DNA of 64,000 nt from an uncultured Acetatifactor sp. GTDB lineage: Bacteria; Bacillota; Clostridia; Lachnospirales; Lachnospiraceae. The stretch spans positions 9,553 to 73,552 of the forward strand of contig CAZPRB010000003.1 of assembly GCA_964588645.1 (NCBI GenBank), given 5' to 3'. Each line of letters starts with the position of its first letter. Positions within the stretch are counted from its first letter, which is position 1. Under the pieces are notes generated by a model. It was not told where the DNA came from, did no database searches, and saw only the letters and a list, made by a program, of their open reading frames with translations. Below, one piece after another: positions 48,426 through 58,615 of this stretch. The position numbers were made by a program, and so were the translations under genes.

Positions 48426-48845
48426 TTATAAAGAAATAATTACCTTTTCCTGTAAGCTTGCAGGCAGATCTTCCTTATCCAGAGACACACTCAGAACAAA
48501 GTCAACCCCTGTGGCAGCACTCACCTTCTCCAGTTTACCCACTGTTGCAGCAATGTCAGAATTCTCAAGGACAGCAAGCTTCAAAAAGCTGTCAAAATAC
48601 ATCTGCTGCAGGTCGTGATCCTGTGAAATGATTCCGCATACAAAGCCAATGAATTCACTACTGTTCTCTATAAAGCTCTGTGAAACATCAATCAAACGTA
48701 CCTTATTGTTCAGTTCATACATATGCTTAGTACTCTTATCCAAATAAACAATATTACCTGAAATCTCTTTTACTTCACTATTCACTTTGTCCAATAACTG
48801 TTTTGTTTTGCCTTTTCCTTTTTTGCCTACAATCAACTGAACCAT
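48426..48845 (-). CDS. Small conserved P-loop protein of unknown function
   Basis: GKKGKGKT Walker A at the N-terminus; GGAGG RBS; own promoter and terminator. Confidence 0.8.
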   Translation of the reverse strand: MVQLIVGKKGKGKTKQLLDKVNSEVKEISGNIVYLDKSTKHMYELNNKVRLIDVSQSFIENSSEFIGFVCGIISQDHDLQQMYFDSFLKLAVLENSDIAATVGKLEKVSAATGVDFVLSVSLDKEDLPASLQEKVIISL

Positions 48846-48923
48846 TGGATAACCCTCCTAAAGTATATTGATAAATAAACTATCTAATTCTATTATAGTG
48901 TATACGATATCAAAAAACAACCT

Positions 48924-49907
48924 CTATTTATTGATTTGGTTCAACAAATCTATCATTTCCGGATACAAAACATCTCTTGCTTCCGAGTGTAAAATAACGG
49001 AAATATACGGTGCTCCGTTCTGATCTCTGGAAAGCAGAATCAGGCAATTCCCGGCAGCCTTGGTCGTACCTGTTTTGCCACCGATTACCGTTATGTTGTC
49101 CGGTGCCTGATAATCTCCTCTCAGGAAAAGATTTCCGGTATTGAAGTTTAATTCCTTCGCCGAACCGTTCCGATCATAATAGGTAGTCTGGTAGCTTGTC
49201 ATCTGTATCATCTCAGAGAATTTCTCATATTGAATCGCTTCATTAAAGATAAGATACAAATCATAAGCCGTGGTATAATGCCCCTCCTGCGTAAGACCGT
49301 GGGGATTCAAAAAATGAGTGTTTGTAGCACCCAGCTGCAGAGCCTCCTCATTCATCATCTCGATGAAATGCTCTGTGGTGCCGCCAATATTTTCTGCTAT
49401 CAGCATCGCCACATCATTGGCAGAATAAAGAAGCAGAATATGGAGTGCCTGATCCAGTGTCATGGTGTCTCCGCTCTCTAAACCGCATAGCTGCGCACCG
49501 GATTCTGTAATGTTAACTGAATCCGAAGCTGTGAGCACCTGATCTAAGGAACCGTACTTCAAAGCTACAAGCGCAGTCATAACCTTAGTTAAGCTGGCCG
49601 GATACAGTCTCTCATGTGCATTTTTAGAATACAAAACATCTTTTTGGTTTAAATCAAACAGCACGGCCGCTGTAGCCTGAGACATATCCAAATCGGAATC
49701 CGTTGCATAATCGCCCACAACAACACACAAGTCCTCGGCGAATCCTTCCGCTGTAGCATTGGCTTTCCCCGAAATAACATTAAAGCCGCTCACCTGCGAA
49801 TCGGGATTATAGGGCATATCATACTTAAGTCTTCCGCAGCCGGTAGCTCCCACTGATAAAACACTACATAGGCACAAGGCTGTCAAACGTTTACTTATAC
49901 ATTTCAC
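48924..49907 (-). CDS. D-alanyl-D-alanine carboxypeptidase (S11), predicted lipoprotein
   Basis: PASLTK, SAN and GKTG motifs; lipobox-like ATGC. Confidence 0.92.
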   Translation of the reverse strand: MKCISKRLTALCLCSVLSVGATGCGRLKYDMPYNPDSQVSGFNVISGKANATAEGFAEDLCVVVGDYATDSDLDMSQATAAVLFDLNQKDVLYSKNAHERLYPASLTKVMTALVALKYGSLDQVLTASDSVNITESGAQLCGLESGDTMTLDQALHILLLYSANDVAMLIAENIGGTTEHFIEMMNEEALQLGATNTHFLNPHGLTQEGHYTTAYDLYLIFNEAIQYEKFSEMIQMTSYQTTYYDRNGSAKELNFNTGNLFLRGDYQAPDNITVIGGKTGTTKAAGNCLILLSRDQNGAPYISVILHSEARDVLYPEMIDLLNQINK

Positions 49908-50286
49908 GCCACTCTAAATCTCCTCTGTCCAGTGACTTAATTAACAGTTCCGCGGTAGCCAAATTGGTGGCCAGGGGAATATTATGCATATCGCAAAGCT
50001 TAACCACATTATTGACATCCGGCTCATGTGATTTAAAGGTCAACGCATCACGCAGGAAAATCACCAGATCAATCTGATTGTGCTCAATCTGTGCACCTAT
50101 CTGTTGTTCTCCTCCCAAATGACCGGCCAGATACTTGTGAACATTCAGATTGGTAACCTCTTCAATCAATCTTCCGGTGGTACCTGTAGCATACAAATCA
50201 TTTTTACTTAAAATCCCCCGATACGCGATACAGAAATTCTGCATCAATTTTTTCTTTGCATCATGTGCAATCAGTGCAATGTTCAT
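49891..50286 (-). CDS. mgsA: Methylglyoxal synthase-like protein
   Basis: [17 protein letters not shown] and PLATN motifs; catalytic GGD is changed to GGE. Confidence 0.88.
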   Translation of the reverse strand: MNIALIAHDAKKKLMQNFCIAYRGILSKNDLYATGTTGRLIEEVTNLNVHKYLAGHLGGEQQIGAQIEHNQIDLVIFLRDALTFKSHEPDVNNVVKLCDMHNIPLATNLATAELLIKSLDRGDLEWREMYK

Positions 50287-50315
50287 AAATATACCCTCTC
50301 ATTAACTAGTATTTT

Positions 50316-51422
50316 TTAATTTCTTCTCGCCTGCAGTCTCACATTTAAAACCACTCCCATTCCGATGAAAAGACTCATCAGAGAAGTCAAACCGTAGCTG
50401 ACAAAAGGCATCGGCAAGCCGGTGTTCGGCAGTACAAAGGTAGCCACACCGATATTGATAAAGCCCTGGAAGGCAATCAGACCTCCCATAGATGCAGCAA
50501 TAATCTTCCCCCCAAGATCCTTTGCTTTTCCCGCTATGGATACACATTCCAATGCAACCCCGAAAAGCAATACAATTACTGCAACACTTCCTTTGAAACC
50601 AAATTCTTCACCCACAACAGCAAAAATAAAATCAGTCTGTGCTTCAGATATGAAGTTACCGTTTTTTACGGATGTAATCTCATTGTTCTTGTATCCCTTT
50701 CCATCCAGCTGACCCGAACCGATAGCCATAATGGAATTTAACTGCTGGTAGGCCTCTTCATTGGCGTATTCTTCGGGATATATCCAGGCAAGAATACGAT
50801 CACGCTGATATCCCTCAAGGATTGATTGATCCGGTTGCAAAGCCAAAGATACTAAAATGGCAACTGCCGGGATAATTACAACAAGCACACCTATTATCAA
50901 CTTGTAGCTGATTCCGCCTACAAACATAATGACGCAGAATACAGCAAGCAATACAATACTGGTGGAAAGATCCGGCTGTTCCTCCACTAATATCCACGGA
51001 ATAAACATGAGTACAATACAGGAAACAATCATGCGAAAGGTATTCAGCTTCTCCTTATATTTCATAATAAACTGTGCAAAGAATAAAATCAATAATATTT
51101 TAGCAGTTTCAGAGGGTTGAAATTTCAAACCGCCGATCTGCAACCACCGTTGTGCACCACCGGCATCATCTCCCACTGCAATTACTAAAATTAACAAGAC
51201 CAAATTGCCGATATACATCAGCCAATTCAGCTTCAAATATACGGTATAATCGATAAAGGAAATGCCTATCATCAACACGGCGCCGGCTATCACTCCAAAC
51301 AGCTGTTTCGTTTGAAGTGAAGGCTCAGCACTTCCGATGGTGACAACACCGATACCCGCCAATGCTAGCACCATTAATACCAGTTTAAAATCAAAATCGC
51401 GTATCCTGTAATTCTTAAACAT
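50316..51422 (-). CDS. rodA: SEDS peptidoglycan polymerase RodA
   Basis: AQRW, QPSE, QPDL, TDFIF and TGLPMPFVSYG motifs. Confidence 0.93.
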   Translation of the reverse strand: MFKNYRIRDFDFKLVLMVLALAGIGVVTIGSAEPSLQTKQLFGVIAGAVLMIGISFIDYTVYLKLNWLMYIGNLVLLILVIAVGDDAGGAQRWLQIGGLKFQPSETAKILLILFFAQFIMKYKEKLNTFRMIVSCIVLMFIPWILVEEQPDLSTSIVLLAVFCVIMFVGGISYKLIIGVLVVIIPAVAILVSLALQPDQSILEGYQRDRILAWIYPEEYANEEAYQQLNSIMAIGSGQLDGKGYKNNEITSVKNGNFISEAQTDFIFAVVGEEFGFKGSVAVIVLLFGVALECVSIAGKAKDLGGKIIAASMGGLIAFQGFINIGVATFVLPNTGLPMPFVSYGLTSLMSLFIGMGVVLNVRLQARRN

Positions 51423-51450
51423 ACTTTCCTTCCTGTGAGTACATCCCCGT

Positions 51451-51717
51451 TTATGCCTTCTTATGAAGGTCTACGATGGGAATGTTGGCATATAGAACCG
51501 GTGTCTTTCCGCGCCCGGTCTTGCTGCCCTTTGTATTTATCTGAATATTCATATTTTCAGCATCTATCTTCATGTACTTAGAAATTACTTTTGTAATATC
51601 AGCCTTAATCAGCTCCATTGTCTCAGGAGAACAATTGACACGGTCGGATATCAATAAAATCTTCAGTCTGTCCTTGGCAACCTGGCAGGAGCTTTTCTTA
51701 CGGAACAAATGTCTCAT
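51451..51717 (-). CDS. minE: Cell division topological specificity factor
   Basis: AKDRLKILLISDR and LYANIPI motifs. Confidence 0.94.
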   Translation of the reverse strand: MRHLFRKKSSCQVAKDRLKILLISDRVNCSPETMELIKADITKVISKYMKIDAENMNIQINTKGSKTGRGKTPVLYANIPIVDLHKKA

Positions 51718-51729
51718 ACAAAGCCCTCC

Positions 51730-52554
51730 TTATGCTTTATGAAATATACCCGATACTCTTGTCCAAAAAGAAATACTTTTTTCAAAATTCTGAAACGGAA
51801 GCTCTTTCCCTTCTATCCTATGTACCACATCAGCATATGCCTTTCCTGCAGGTGTATCATTTCCCACAAGGGGCTCACCCTGATTGGTGGCAATTACCAC
51901 ATTCTCATCATCCGGAATAATGCCAATCAGAGGGACGGACAGAATGTCCACCACATCGGATGCCGACATCATATCTCCTTTTTTGACCATATCATAGCGG
52001 AGTCTGTTAATGATTAAATCCATCTGCTGAAAGCCGTTTGCCTCCAGTAACCCGATAATGCGGTCTGCATCCCGAATGGCTGAGACCTCCGGAGTCGTGA
52101 CAATCAGTGCGCGGTTGGCACCTGCAATGGCATTTTGAAAGCCCTGCTCTATCCCCGCCGGACAATCTAAAATAATGTAATCAAACTCCTCCTTCAAATG
52201 CTCCACCACCTTGACCATCTGACCGGGTGATACTGAGGATTTGTCCCTGGTCTGCGCAGAGGGCATCAAATACAAGCCCGGATGGCGCTTATCACGAATC
52301 AAGGCCTGCTTGATACGGCAATTTCCTTCCACAACATCCACAAGATTATAGACAATGCGATTCTCCAGTCCCATAACAACGTCAAGGTTTCTGAGGCCAA
52401 TATCCGTATCAATCAGACAGACCTTCTTGCCAAGCATTGCAAGACCGGTTCCTACGTTTGCAGATGTGGTTGTCTTCCCCACACCGCCTTTTCCTGAAGT
52501 GACGACAATTACTTCGGATGTCTTTTTGACATCCGCGGAAAAATGATTTTCCAT
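51730..52554 (-). CDS. minD: Septum site-determining ATPase MinD
   Basis: SGKGGVGKTT, DIGLRNLD, DCPAGIE motifs and C-terminal amphipathic helix. Confidence 0.98.
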   Translation of the reverse strand: MENHFSADVKKTSEVIVVTSGKGGVGKTTTSANVGTGLAMLGKKVCLIDTDIGLRNLDVVMGLENRIVYNLVDVVEGNCRIKQALIRDKRHPGLYLMPSAQTRDKSSVSPGQMVKVVEHLKEEFDYIILDCPAGIEQGFQNAIAGANRALIVTTPEVSAIRDADRIIGLLEANGFQQMDLIINRLRYDMVKKGDMMSASDVVDILSVPLIGIIPDDENVVIATNQGEPLVGNDTPAGKAYADVVHRIEGKELPFQNFEKSISFWTRVSGIFHKA

Positions 52555-52600
52555 AGCTCAATCCTCCAATTTTAACTTTGTCGTCCCCTGGATATACCGT

Positions 52601-53275
52601 TTACGCAAAGGAATCCAGTAAATCTTTTGTAAGCGTTTCCATGACAATTCTTCCGTCTTTCTCATATGCAATTTTCGGGTGTACCTTTGGGCGTATGCCC
52701 CATTTTGATTGTTTTGTAGCTGTTTTATATTTGAAATCGCCGATTTTTAATCTTTCCGGCTCCATTTCAAGCGCAACAATATATGCATTACCCCTTCCGT
52801 TTCCGCCCGCATAGGCTTCTCCGTACAATCCGCCCAGCACAATGATATTTTTAGCAGAAATCACAGCACTTCCGGGGTATACATCTCCAAGAATAACAAT
52901 ACTGTTATCTGTTTCCAAGACCTCTTGATTCTTCAGAGAACCCTTATAAAACTGTCCTTCATCTCCCGAAGTCAGCCGTTTCTCAACCTGCTGAAGTGCT
53001 TTGATATAATTTTTATTTGTTGTTTCGTCATGTCCCACAATGCAGAGGATACGGACGTCACAATTCCTTCTGATAGTGTCCAAAATACGGATTTCCTCTG
53101 TCTCGGAAAGGGTTCTGCCTTCCATAGATAATGCCATACCTGCATTTCCGAAGAAGGCTCTTGCCTCAGAGAACTTTGCTCCGATTTCTGCAAGAAGCTC
53201 TTCAAAGGGAAGCTCCTCATTCATCAATAAGGTTATACCGTTTGTAAAGCTTTTAATAATAACAGCATCTTTCAT
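52601..53275 (-). CDS. minC: Septum site-determining protein MinC
   Basis: GSLKNQ...ILGDVYPG...NIIVLGGLYGEAYAG beta-helix; precedes minD. Confidence 0.92.
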   Translation of the reverse strand: MKDAVIIKSFTNGITLLMNEELPFEELLAEIGAKFSEARAFFGNAGMALSMEGRTLSETEEIRILDTIRRNCDVRILCIVGHDETTNKNYIKALQQVEKRLTSGDEGQFYKGSLKNQEVLETDNSIVILGDVYPGSAVISAKNIIVLGGLYGEAYAGGNGRGNAYIVALEMEPERLKIGDFKYKTATKQSKWGIRPKVHPKIAYEKDGRIVMETLTKDLLDSFA

Positions 53276-53287
53276 AGAAAACCCCTT

Positions 53288-56179
53288 TTACATTTCATTA
53301 GAGATACCGCCGTCGGGGGTATCTGCCGTGCCTGTAATCAACTCATCCTCCTGAGCAAGACCATAATGATATTTAATAATATCCCTGGTGACCTGCGCGG
53401 CATAATCCGAAGAATATCCGAAGGGAATACGTGTGGCAATGGCAATCTCAGGCGTCTCATAGGGCGCATAGCAAATAAACAATGCATGGTTAGGACGTGA
53501 TGAAATCTGCTCTGCGGTACCGGTTTTACCGGCAACATTTACTGCCAAATCCCCGAAATAACTCTTCTTTTCCACCACCTGTCTCATACCCAGATGAATA
53601 GCATCCCAATAGGAGGACGGCATATCAATAGTATTCCGGATATCAGGTGAAAACTCTTCCAAGACATTGCCGTCAGCATCGGCAACCTTATCCAGCAGCG
53701 TCAGATTATAGCAGGTGCCGCCGTTAGCGATTGTGGCGGCATATCTGGCAAGTCCGACTGTAGTATAGCTATTAGTACCCTGACCGATAGCTGAACGTAC
53801 AGGGTCAATATCGGATACGGTAGGAGCGTATTCTGTTATCTCCACTCCCGATTTTTCGGTTAAGCCATACATGTCTGCGTATTTCTCCAGCGTTTTCAAG
53901 CCTTCCTCAGCATTGTAGACACCTGTCTTGGTGGACAAATTATAGCCTAAATTATAGAAATAATAGTTACAGGAATCCTTGATTGCAGAGGTGACAGTTT
54001 CATAACCGTGACCGGTTCGTTTCCAACATCTTGGGGAGGGCGTGATTGCAGTAAAGGTACCGGTACAATTCACCCTATCGTTTAATGTAATTTCATTTTC
54101 CAAAAGCCCCGCTGTGGCGGAGACAATCTTAAAGGTTGAACCGGGCGCAGCACTATACTGTGTGGCATAATTATTCCAAGGATATGCCTTATCGCTGTTT
54201 AACTTGGCAAAGTATTCCGCATCCACAGAATTTGCCATCTTATTGTTGTCGTATCCCGGGTAGGAAACCATTGCCAGAACGTCACCGGAATTCACATCCG
54301 TGATTACAACGGATGCATTACAGGGATCCAGAGCCAGCTGACCGGGCGTGATATCGATGTTATCAATTCTGTTCTTCATGAACTGATATGCTGTGATAGT
54401 ACCGTTATACAGTGCTTCCTCATCATCTGACGAAACGAGAATCGCATCCTGTTCACAGAGGATTTTGCATATTTGTTTTCCGTTGATGACATCATTTAAA
54501 AGCATATACTTGTAAAAGCGCTTCTGCAGCTCTGTATTTTTATCCACCGTCTTAATGATACAGTCAATCAGTTTATTGTAAATCTCGGTGGAATCCGAGT
54601 ACTTATCGTCTAATTCCAGCTTGCTGACATCAATCCAATTCTGCGCGATACAATATTGCAGGTATTCATTCAGACTGATAACTTCATCCGTGGTCCATGC
54701 AATGTAGGTCTTGTCCGTAGTATCCACGGCTTCTCTCATTATGACACCGTTGTCGTTTAATAATTTCACAATATTACTCTGATATACCTGATATTCCTTG
54801 GATAATTTCTTATATGGTGTCAGCCCCTCCGTAAGCTCATAGGTCAATTTATCATAAACACCCTGCTTATACTCCAGATATTTAGCATAAACCTCCTTCT
54901 CGGTCTCTCCGGCATCCGGTTCTGAAAAATGCTTCATATCTGCAATCCCATTGTTGATGACAGAAAAATACACATCATAAATAGGAATTAGAATATCGGA
55001 GCTGTCAGAATTCTCACCTGCCTTATATTCCTTGGTATTGATTATTTTGCTGGAAATCATACCGGCAAGCTTCTGCTCCACAATATTATAGGCTGCAATC
55101 GTAAGATCTTTATCAATTGTAAGATACACATCCTGACCGGACTTAGCCTCCGTGCGTTCCAGAATAGTGATAACCTTACCCATCACATCAACAATTACCT
55201 TTTCATTTCCCTTTGTTCCTTGTAGTGTCAGCTCCATATAGGATTCAATTCCGCTCTTACCTACCATATCATTGATATCATAGGTATTTTCCGCTCCTCC
55301 GTTAGCCACTACCTGTTCATTCAATTCCGTCAATTGCTCGGAGGAAATCTTACCGGTATAGCCCAAAACATGGGCAAAATACTCACTGTCCACATAGCGC
55401 CGCACTGTATCCTCCACAATGGAAACACCGGGTAAGTCCTCGGAATTCTCCATAATGACAGCCACCGTTTTTTCGCTGACATTGGTCGCCACGGTCGTTC
55501 CGATATATTTTCGGAAGGAGGTCAGATTCATAGCATATCTCAAAGTAACCAGCTGCAGCCACTCCTGCTTGGTATAGCCCTTCCCGGGAATAAATTCACT
55601 GTCTGAATTTCCCTCCTCCTCATAATCACCGATACGAAAGCCCGTTCCCTTGGCACGGCTTAAATGTGCCATTAGCTCCTCGGCTGTGACGGTTCTCTCC
55701 TCCGGCTCCAGCTTATCAACGGTGGTATAGCCGTATACGTCAGCAAGAAAACGCAAAAGGCTTGTCCCCTCCACGGAATAGGCGAAATCACCGTTTTCAT
55801 CAATCACAATCTTAAAATCAGTGATGATATTATCACCGTTTTTTTCAATCATCTTAATTAATCGGTAGAGCAAATCATTCAGCTTATGGTTCTTGGAGCT
55901 TCCTGATTCAAATACATCCTCTATCTTCACCGAATATGCCAGTTCATTGTACGCAAGCAAATTGCCGTTGCGGTCATAAATATTGCCTCTGGTGCCGGCA
56001 ATATCTCTTGTCTTTTCCGTCTGCAGCATGAAATCATTTAAGTATTCCTCTCCCCGCACGATCTGCAAATCAAAGCAGCGATAAATCAAAAGACCACCCA
56101 ATGCGCAAAAGACCAAAAAGAGAATTGTCAATCTGCTTGTTATGATATTAATAATATAATCCTTCAGTTCACTAAACAA
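53288..56179 (-). CDS. mrdA: Class B penicillin-binding protein 2 (large form)
   Basis: TM, RGNIYDRNG, GKSGIE, PGSTFK, SCN and GKTG motifs; located within the mre operon. Confidence 0.92.
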   Translation of the reverse strand: MFSELKDYIINIITSRLTILFLVFCALGGLLIYRCFDLQIVRGEEYLNDFMLQTEKTRDIAGTRGNIYDRNGNLLAYNELAYSVKIEDVFESGSSKNHKLNDLLYRLIKMIEKNGDNIITDFKIVIDENGDFAYSVEGTSLLRFLADVYGYTTVDKLEPEERTVTAEELMAHLSRAKGTGFRIGDYEEEGNSDSEFIPGKGYTKQEWLQLVTLRYAMNLTSFRKYIGTTVATNVSEKTVAVIMENSEDLPGVSIVEDTVRRYVDSEYFAHVLGYTGKISSEQLTELNEQVVANGGAENTYDINDMVGKSGIESYMELTLQGTKGNEKVIVDVMGKVITILERTEAKSGQDVYLTIDKDLTIAAYNIVEQKLAGMISSKIINTKEYKAGENSDSSDILIPIYDVYFSVINNGIADMKHFSEPDAGETEKEVYAKYLEYKQGVYDKLTYELTEGLTPYKKLSKEYQVYQSNIVKLLNDNGVIMREAVDTTDKTYIAWTTDEVISLNEYLQYCIAQNWIDVSKLELDDKYSDSTEIYNKLIDCIIKTVDKNTELQKRFYKYMLLNDVINGKQICKILCEQDAILVSSDDEEALYNGTITAYQFMKNRIDNIDITPGQLALDPCNASVVITDVNSGDVLAMVSYPGYDNNKMANSVDAEYFAKLNSDKAYPWNNYATQYSAAPGSTFKIVSATAGLLENEITLNDRVNCTGTFTAITPSPRCWKRTGHGYETVTSAIKDSCNYYFYNLGYNLSTKTGVYNAEEGLKTLEKYADMYGLTEKSGVEITEYAPTVSDIDPVRSAIGQGTNSYTTVGLARYAATIANGGTCYNLTLLDKVADADGNVLEEFSPDIRNTIDMPSSYWDAIHLGMRQVVEKKSYFGDLAVNVAGKTGTAEQISSRPNHALFICYAPYETPEIAIATRIPFGYSSDYAAQVTRDIIKYHYGLAQEDELITGTADTPDGGISNEM

Positions 56180-56687
56180 ATTTCTGTGCGCTCCTTTTTT
56201 CCTTTGCTTCCAGTTTTTCGTTCACCTTGAGAATCAGTGGATAGAGAAACATTGTGATCACAATGGTATACAATGCCTCCGGCAAGATAATTCCGGTAAA
56301 ATAATATGGTAAATTGAGTCTTCCTCTCAACAGGAATAACAAAATATAGCATAAAAGGCCGTAGGAAACATCACTAATAACAATTAAAGCAATGGGGAGC
56401 TTGATATCCTCCGGATAAAAAATTCGGCTGAATTTGCCGTTGATGAATCCGATATACATCAAAACAAGTGCATAAAAGCCCAAAAATTCACCAAAAAAGA
56501 TATCGCTTAATAACCCGCAGAAAAAGCCGATAAGCAAGCCCTCCTTCTCGCCTCGCATAAAACCAAAGGCAGAGGTGAGAATAATCATCAAATTCGGAAT
56601 GATTCCGGCAAAGGAAAGCCACGTAAAGACACTGCTCTGCAAAACAAAGCAAACGAGTATGAATACTGCAACAATCAATTTTCTCAT
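56172..56687 (-). CDS. mreD: Rod shape-determining protein MreD
   Basis: Hydrophobic; IPNL and GLLSD motifs; follows mreC. Confidence 0.92.
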   Translation of the reverse strand: MRKLIVAVFILVCFVLQSSVFTWLSFAGIIPNLMIILTSAFGFMRGEKEGLLIGFFCGLLSDIFFGEFLGFYALVLMYIGFINGKFSRIFYPEDIKLPIALIVISDVSYGLLCYILLFLLRGRLNLPYYFTGIILPEALYTIVITMFLYPLILKVNEKLEAKEKRSAQKFV

Positions 56688-57569
56688 TTAGTCTTCTTCC
56701 TCTTCCGCAACCTGTTGTTTAAGGTCTGTGATGACCAATACTTCCCCCAAATGTTCAAAATCAACTGCCGGTGTAATATATCCTGATTTTGTCAGATTAT
56801 TAGCATCCATATTGATAGTATGTATATATCCGATCAGAATGTTCGGCAGATACTTGTCACTGATATCAGAGGTTACAATTTTATCTCCCTCTGCCACGAC
56901 ATCCCTGCTGTCAATCAACTGGCTGAAGGTAATGACTCCGTCCGCCATCAGCTGTAAATCTCCGGAAACGATTAAGTTATCCTCCGTCGCCAGTGTCATT
57001 CCGCTCACATTACTGTTATCCGAAATAATCGAAGTCACCCGGGACCAATTCGGTCCCACAGAAGTAATTCTACCCACAAGACCTCCTCCGGCAATGACAT
57101 TCATATCCTCTGTCAGACCATCATCCGAGCCCTTATCTATCAGAAAGGCAGAATACCAATTGCCGGTATCCCTGCTGATAATGCGGGCACCAACCTTCGT
57201 GTATTCACCATATTGCTCATCCAGTTTAACCAGCTCACGAAGCTTATTCAACTCATACTTATCCTGCTGTAAAATCGTATTCTCCTCGGTAAGAGCTGCC
57301 ACCTCGCTCTTCAGACGTTCATTTTCCTCCAAAAGAGCACGAATCTGTACAAGCTCCTCAGAACGGTTGGAAAACCATCCGCCCATTTTGCTGATTCCCT
57401 GTTGAAAAGGTACAATAACATACCCCACGGCAGTATTGAGCGGTTTATTAAACACATTGGTACCGAAGGTAATCAACATCAATATGGTACATAGAAATGT
57501 CAAAATAAAAAGGAGATATTTACCCGGCAAAGTAAATCTCTCCCCTTTTCTTTTTATAATCGGGCTCAT
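56688..57569 (-). CDS. mreC: Rod shape-determining protein MreC
   Basis: TM, coiled coil (ENERLK), IDKGSDDG, GLVGRI and GDKIVTS motifs. Confidence 0.95.
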   Translation of the reverse strand: MSPIIKRKGERFTLPGKYLLFILTFLCTILMLITFGTNVFNKPLNTAVGYVIVPFQQGISKMGGWFSNRSEELVQIRALLEENERLKSEVAALTEENTILQQDKYELNKLRELVKLDEQYGEYTKVGARIISRDTGNWYSAFLIDKGSDDGLTEDMNVIAGGGLVGRITSVGPNWSRVTSIISDNSNVSGMTLATEDNLIVSGDLQLMADGVITFSQLIDSRDVVAEGDKIVTSDISDKYLPNILIGYIHTINMDANNLTKSGYITPAVDFEHLGEVLVITDLKQQVAEEEED

Positions 57570-58576
57570 TTACTCATCCCTTCAATTGCATAAGCTACTG
57601 ATTTATAGTTGTCATCCTTAATAATTTTAGCAAGCCCCATTGCAACACTGGTAACAGGATTCTCTGCAACATTTACCTTCAGCCCTGTTCCGGAAGCCAG
57701 CTTCTCTTCAAAATGATTCACCTGGGAAGCTCCTCCGGTCAGATAGATACCATGACGGTAAATATCTGCAGCCAGCTCAGGAGGGGTTCTTTCCAAAATA
57801 ACCTTCACATTATCTATGATAGCGTTAAAATGCTCCTCCAGACAATCATCCACAAGCTTTGTAGGAATTTCCCTCTCTACCGGAAGCCCGGTGACAATGT
57901 CTCTTCCATAAACAAGCGCACCTGTTCCTGCTTCCTCAAGCTCCTTCAAGGAAATCTTCACATTTTCAGCTGTCTTTCCTCCGATGATCAGACTGAATTC
58001 TCTTCTCACAGCGGAACGAATGGCTTCATCAAATTTAGAACCGCCCGCCTTAATCAAACGGCTGAGGACAATACCTCCCAGCGAAAGAATAGAAATCTCC
58101 GTCGTCTCATATCCGACATTTACTAACAGCACACCCTGGGAGTTTTTTACATCAATATCCAACCCGAGTCCGTCGGCAACCGCCTTTTCCACTACCATTA
58201 TCTTCTTCGCCTTTACATTGGCAGCCTTTACCAAATCGTAGAACGCCCTCTTCTCTACCTCCGTCACATCTGTGGGAACAGCGACATAGAAATCACAGGG
58301 TTTGGTATTCCCCTTTTGGATATCGCCAACAAAATACTTGATTAAGGTCTCCATATTCTTAATATCCGCAATCACTCCGTTGGACAAAGGATAGGAAATA
58401 TGAATATTTGCAGGTGCTTTTTCATACATTTCAAATGCAGAGTCACCGTAAGCAAACAAAGTATTTTTGTTCTCAATTGCAATCATATTCTTCTCTACAA
58501 GAATATTATCATCATTTTTACTGTAAATCTTAATATTGTTGGTACCTAAATCAATACCGAAAATGTTATTAGCCAA
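57566..58576 (-). CDS. mreB: MreB-family actin homolog with degenerate ATPase motifs
   Basis: GIDLGT, PLSNGVIAD, TEVEKRA, GRDIVTGLP and TPPELAADI motifs; EEP changed to EKA and DIGGG to NVGYE. Confidence 0.9.
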   Translation of the reverse strand: MANNIFGIDLGTNNIKIYSKNDDNILVEKNMIAIENKNTLFAYGDSAFEMYEKAPANIHISYPLSNGVIADIKNMETLIKYFVGDIQKGNTKPCDFYVAVPTDVTEVEKRAFYDLVKAANVKAKKIMVVEKAVADGLGLDIDVKNSQGVLLVNVGYETTEISILSLGGIVLSRLIKAGGSKFDEAIRSAVRREFSLIIGGKTAENVKISLKELEEAGTGALVYGRDIVTGLPVEREIPTKLVDDCLEEHFNAIIDNVKVILERTPPELAADIYRHGIYLTGGASQVNHFEEKLASGTGLKVNVAENPVTSVAMGLAKIIKDDNYKSVAYAIEGMSK

Positions 58577-58615
58577 AATGACAGCCCCTTTCCATAGGTA
58601 ATTTTTTTTGAAAGC

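Noticed and set aside
48426-48845. Annotation as PilT twitching ATPase
   Set aside because: Only 139 aa, with no PilT Asp/His boxes and no pilus genes.
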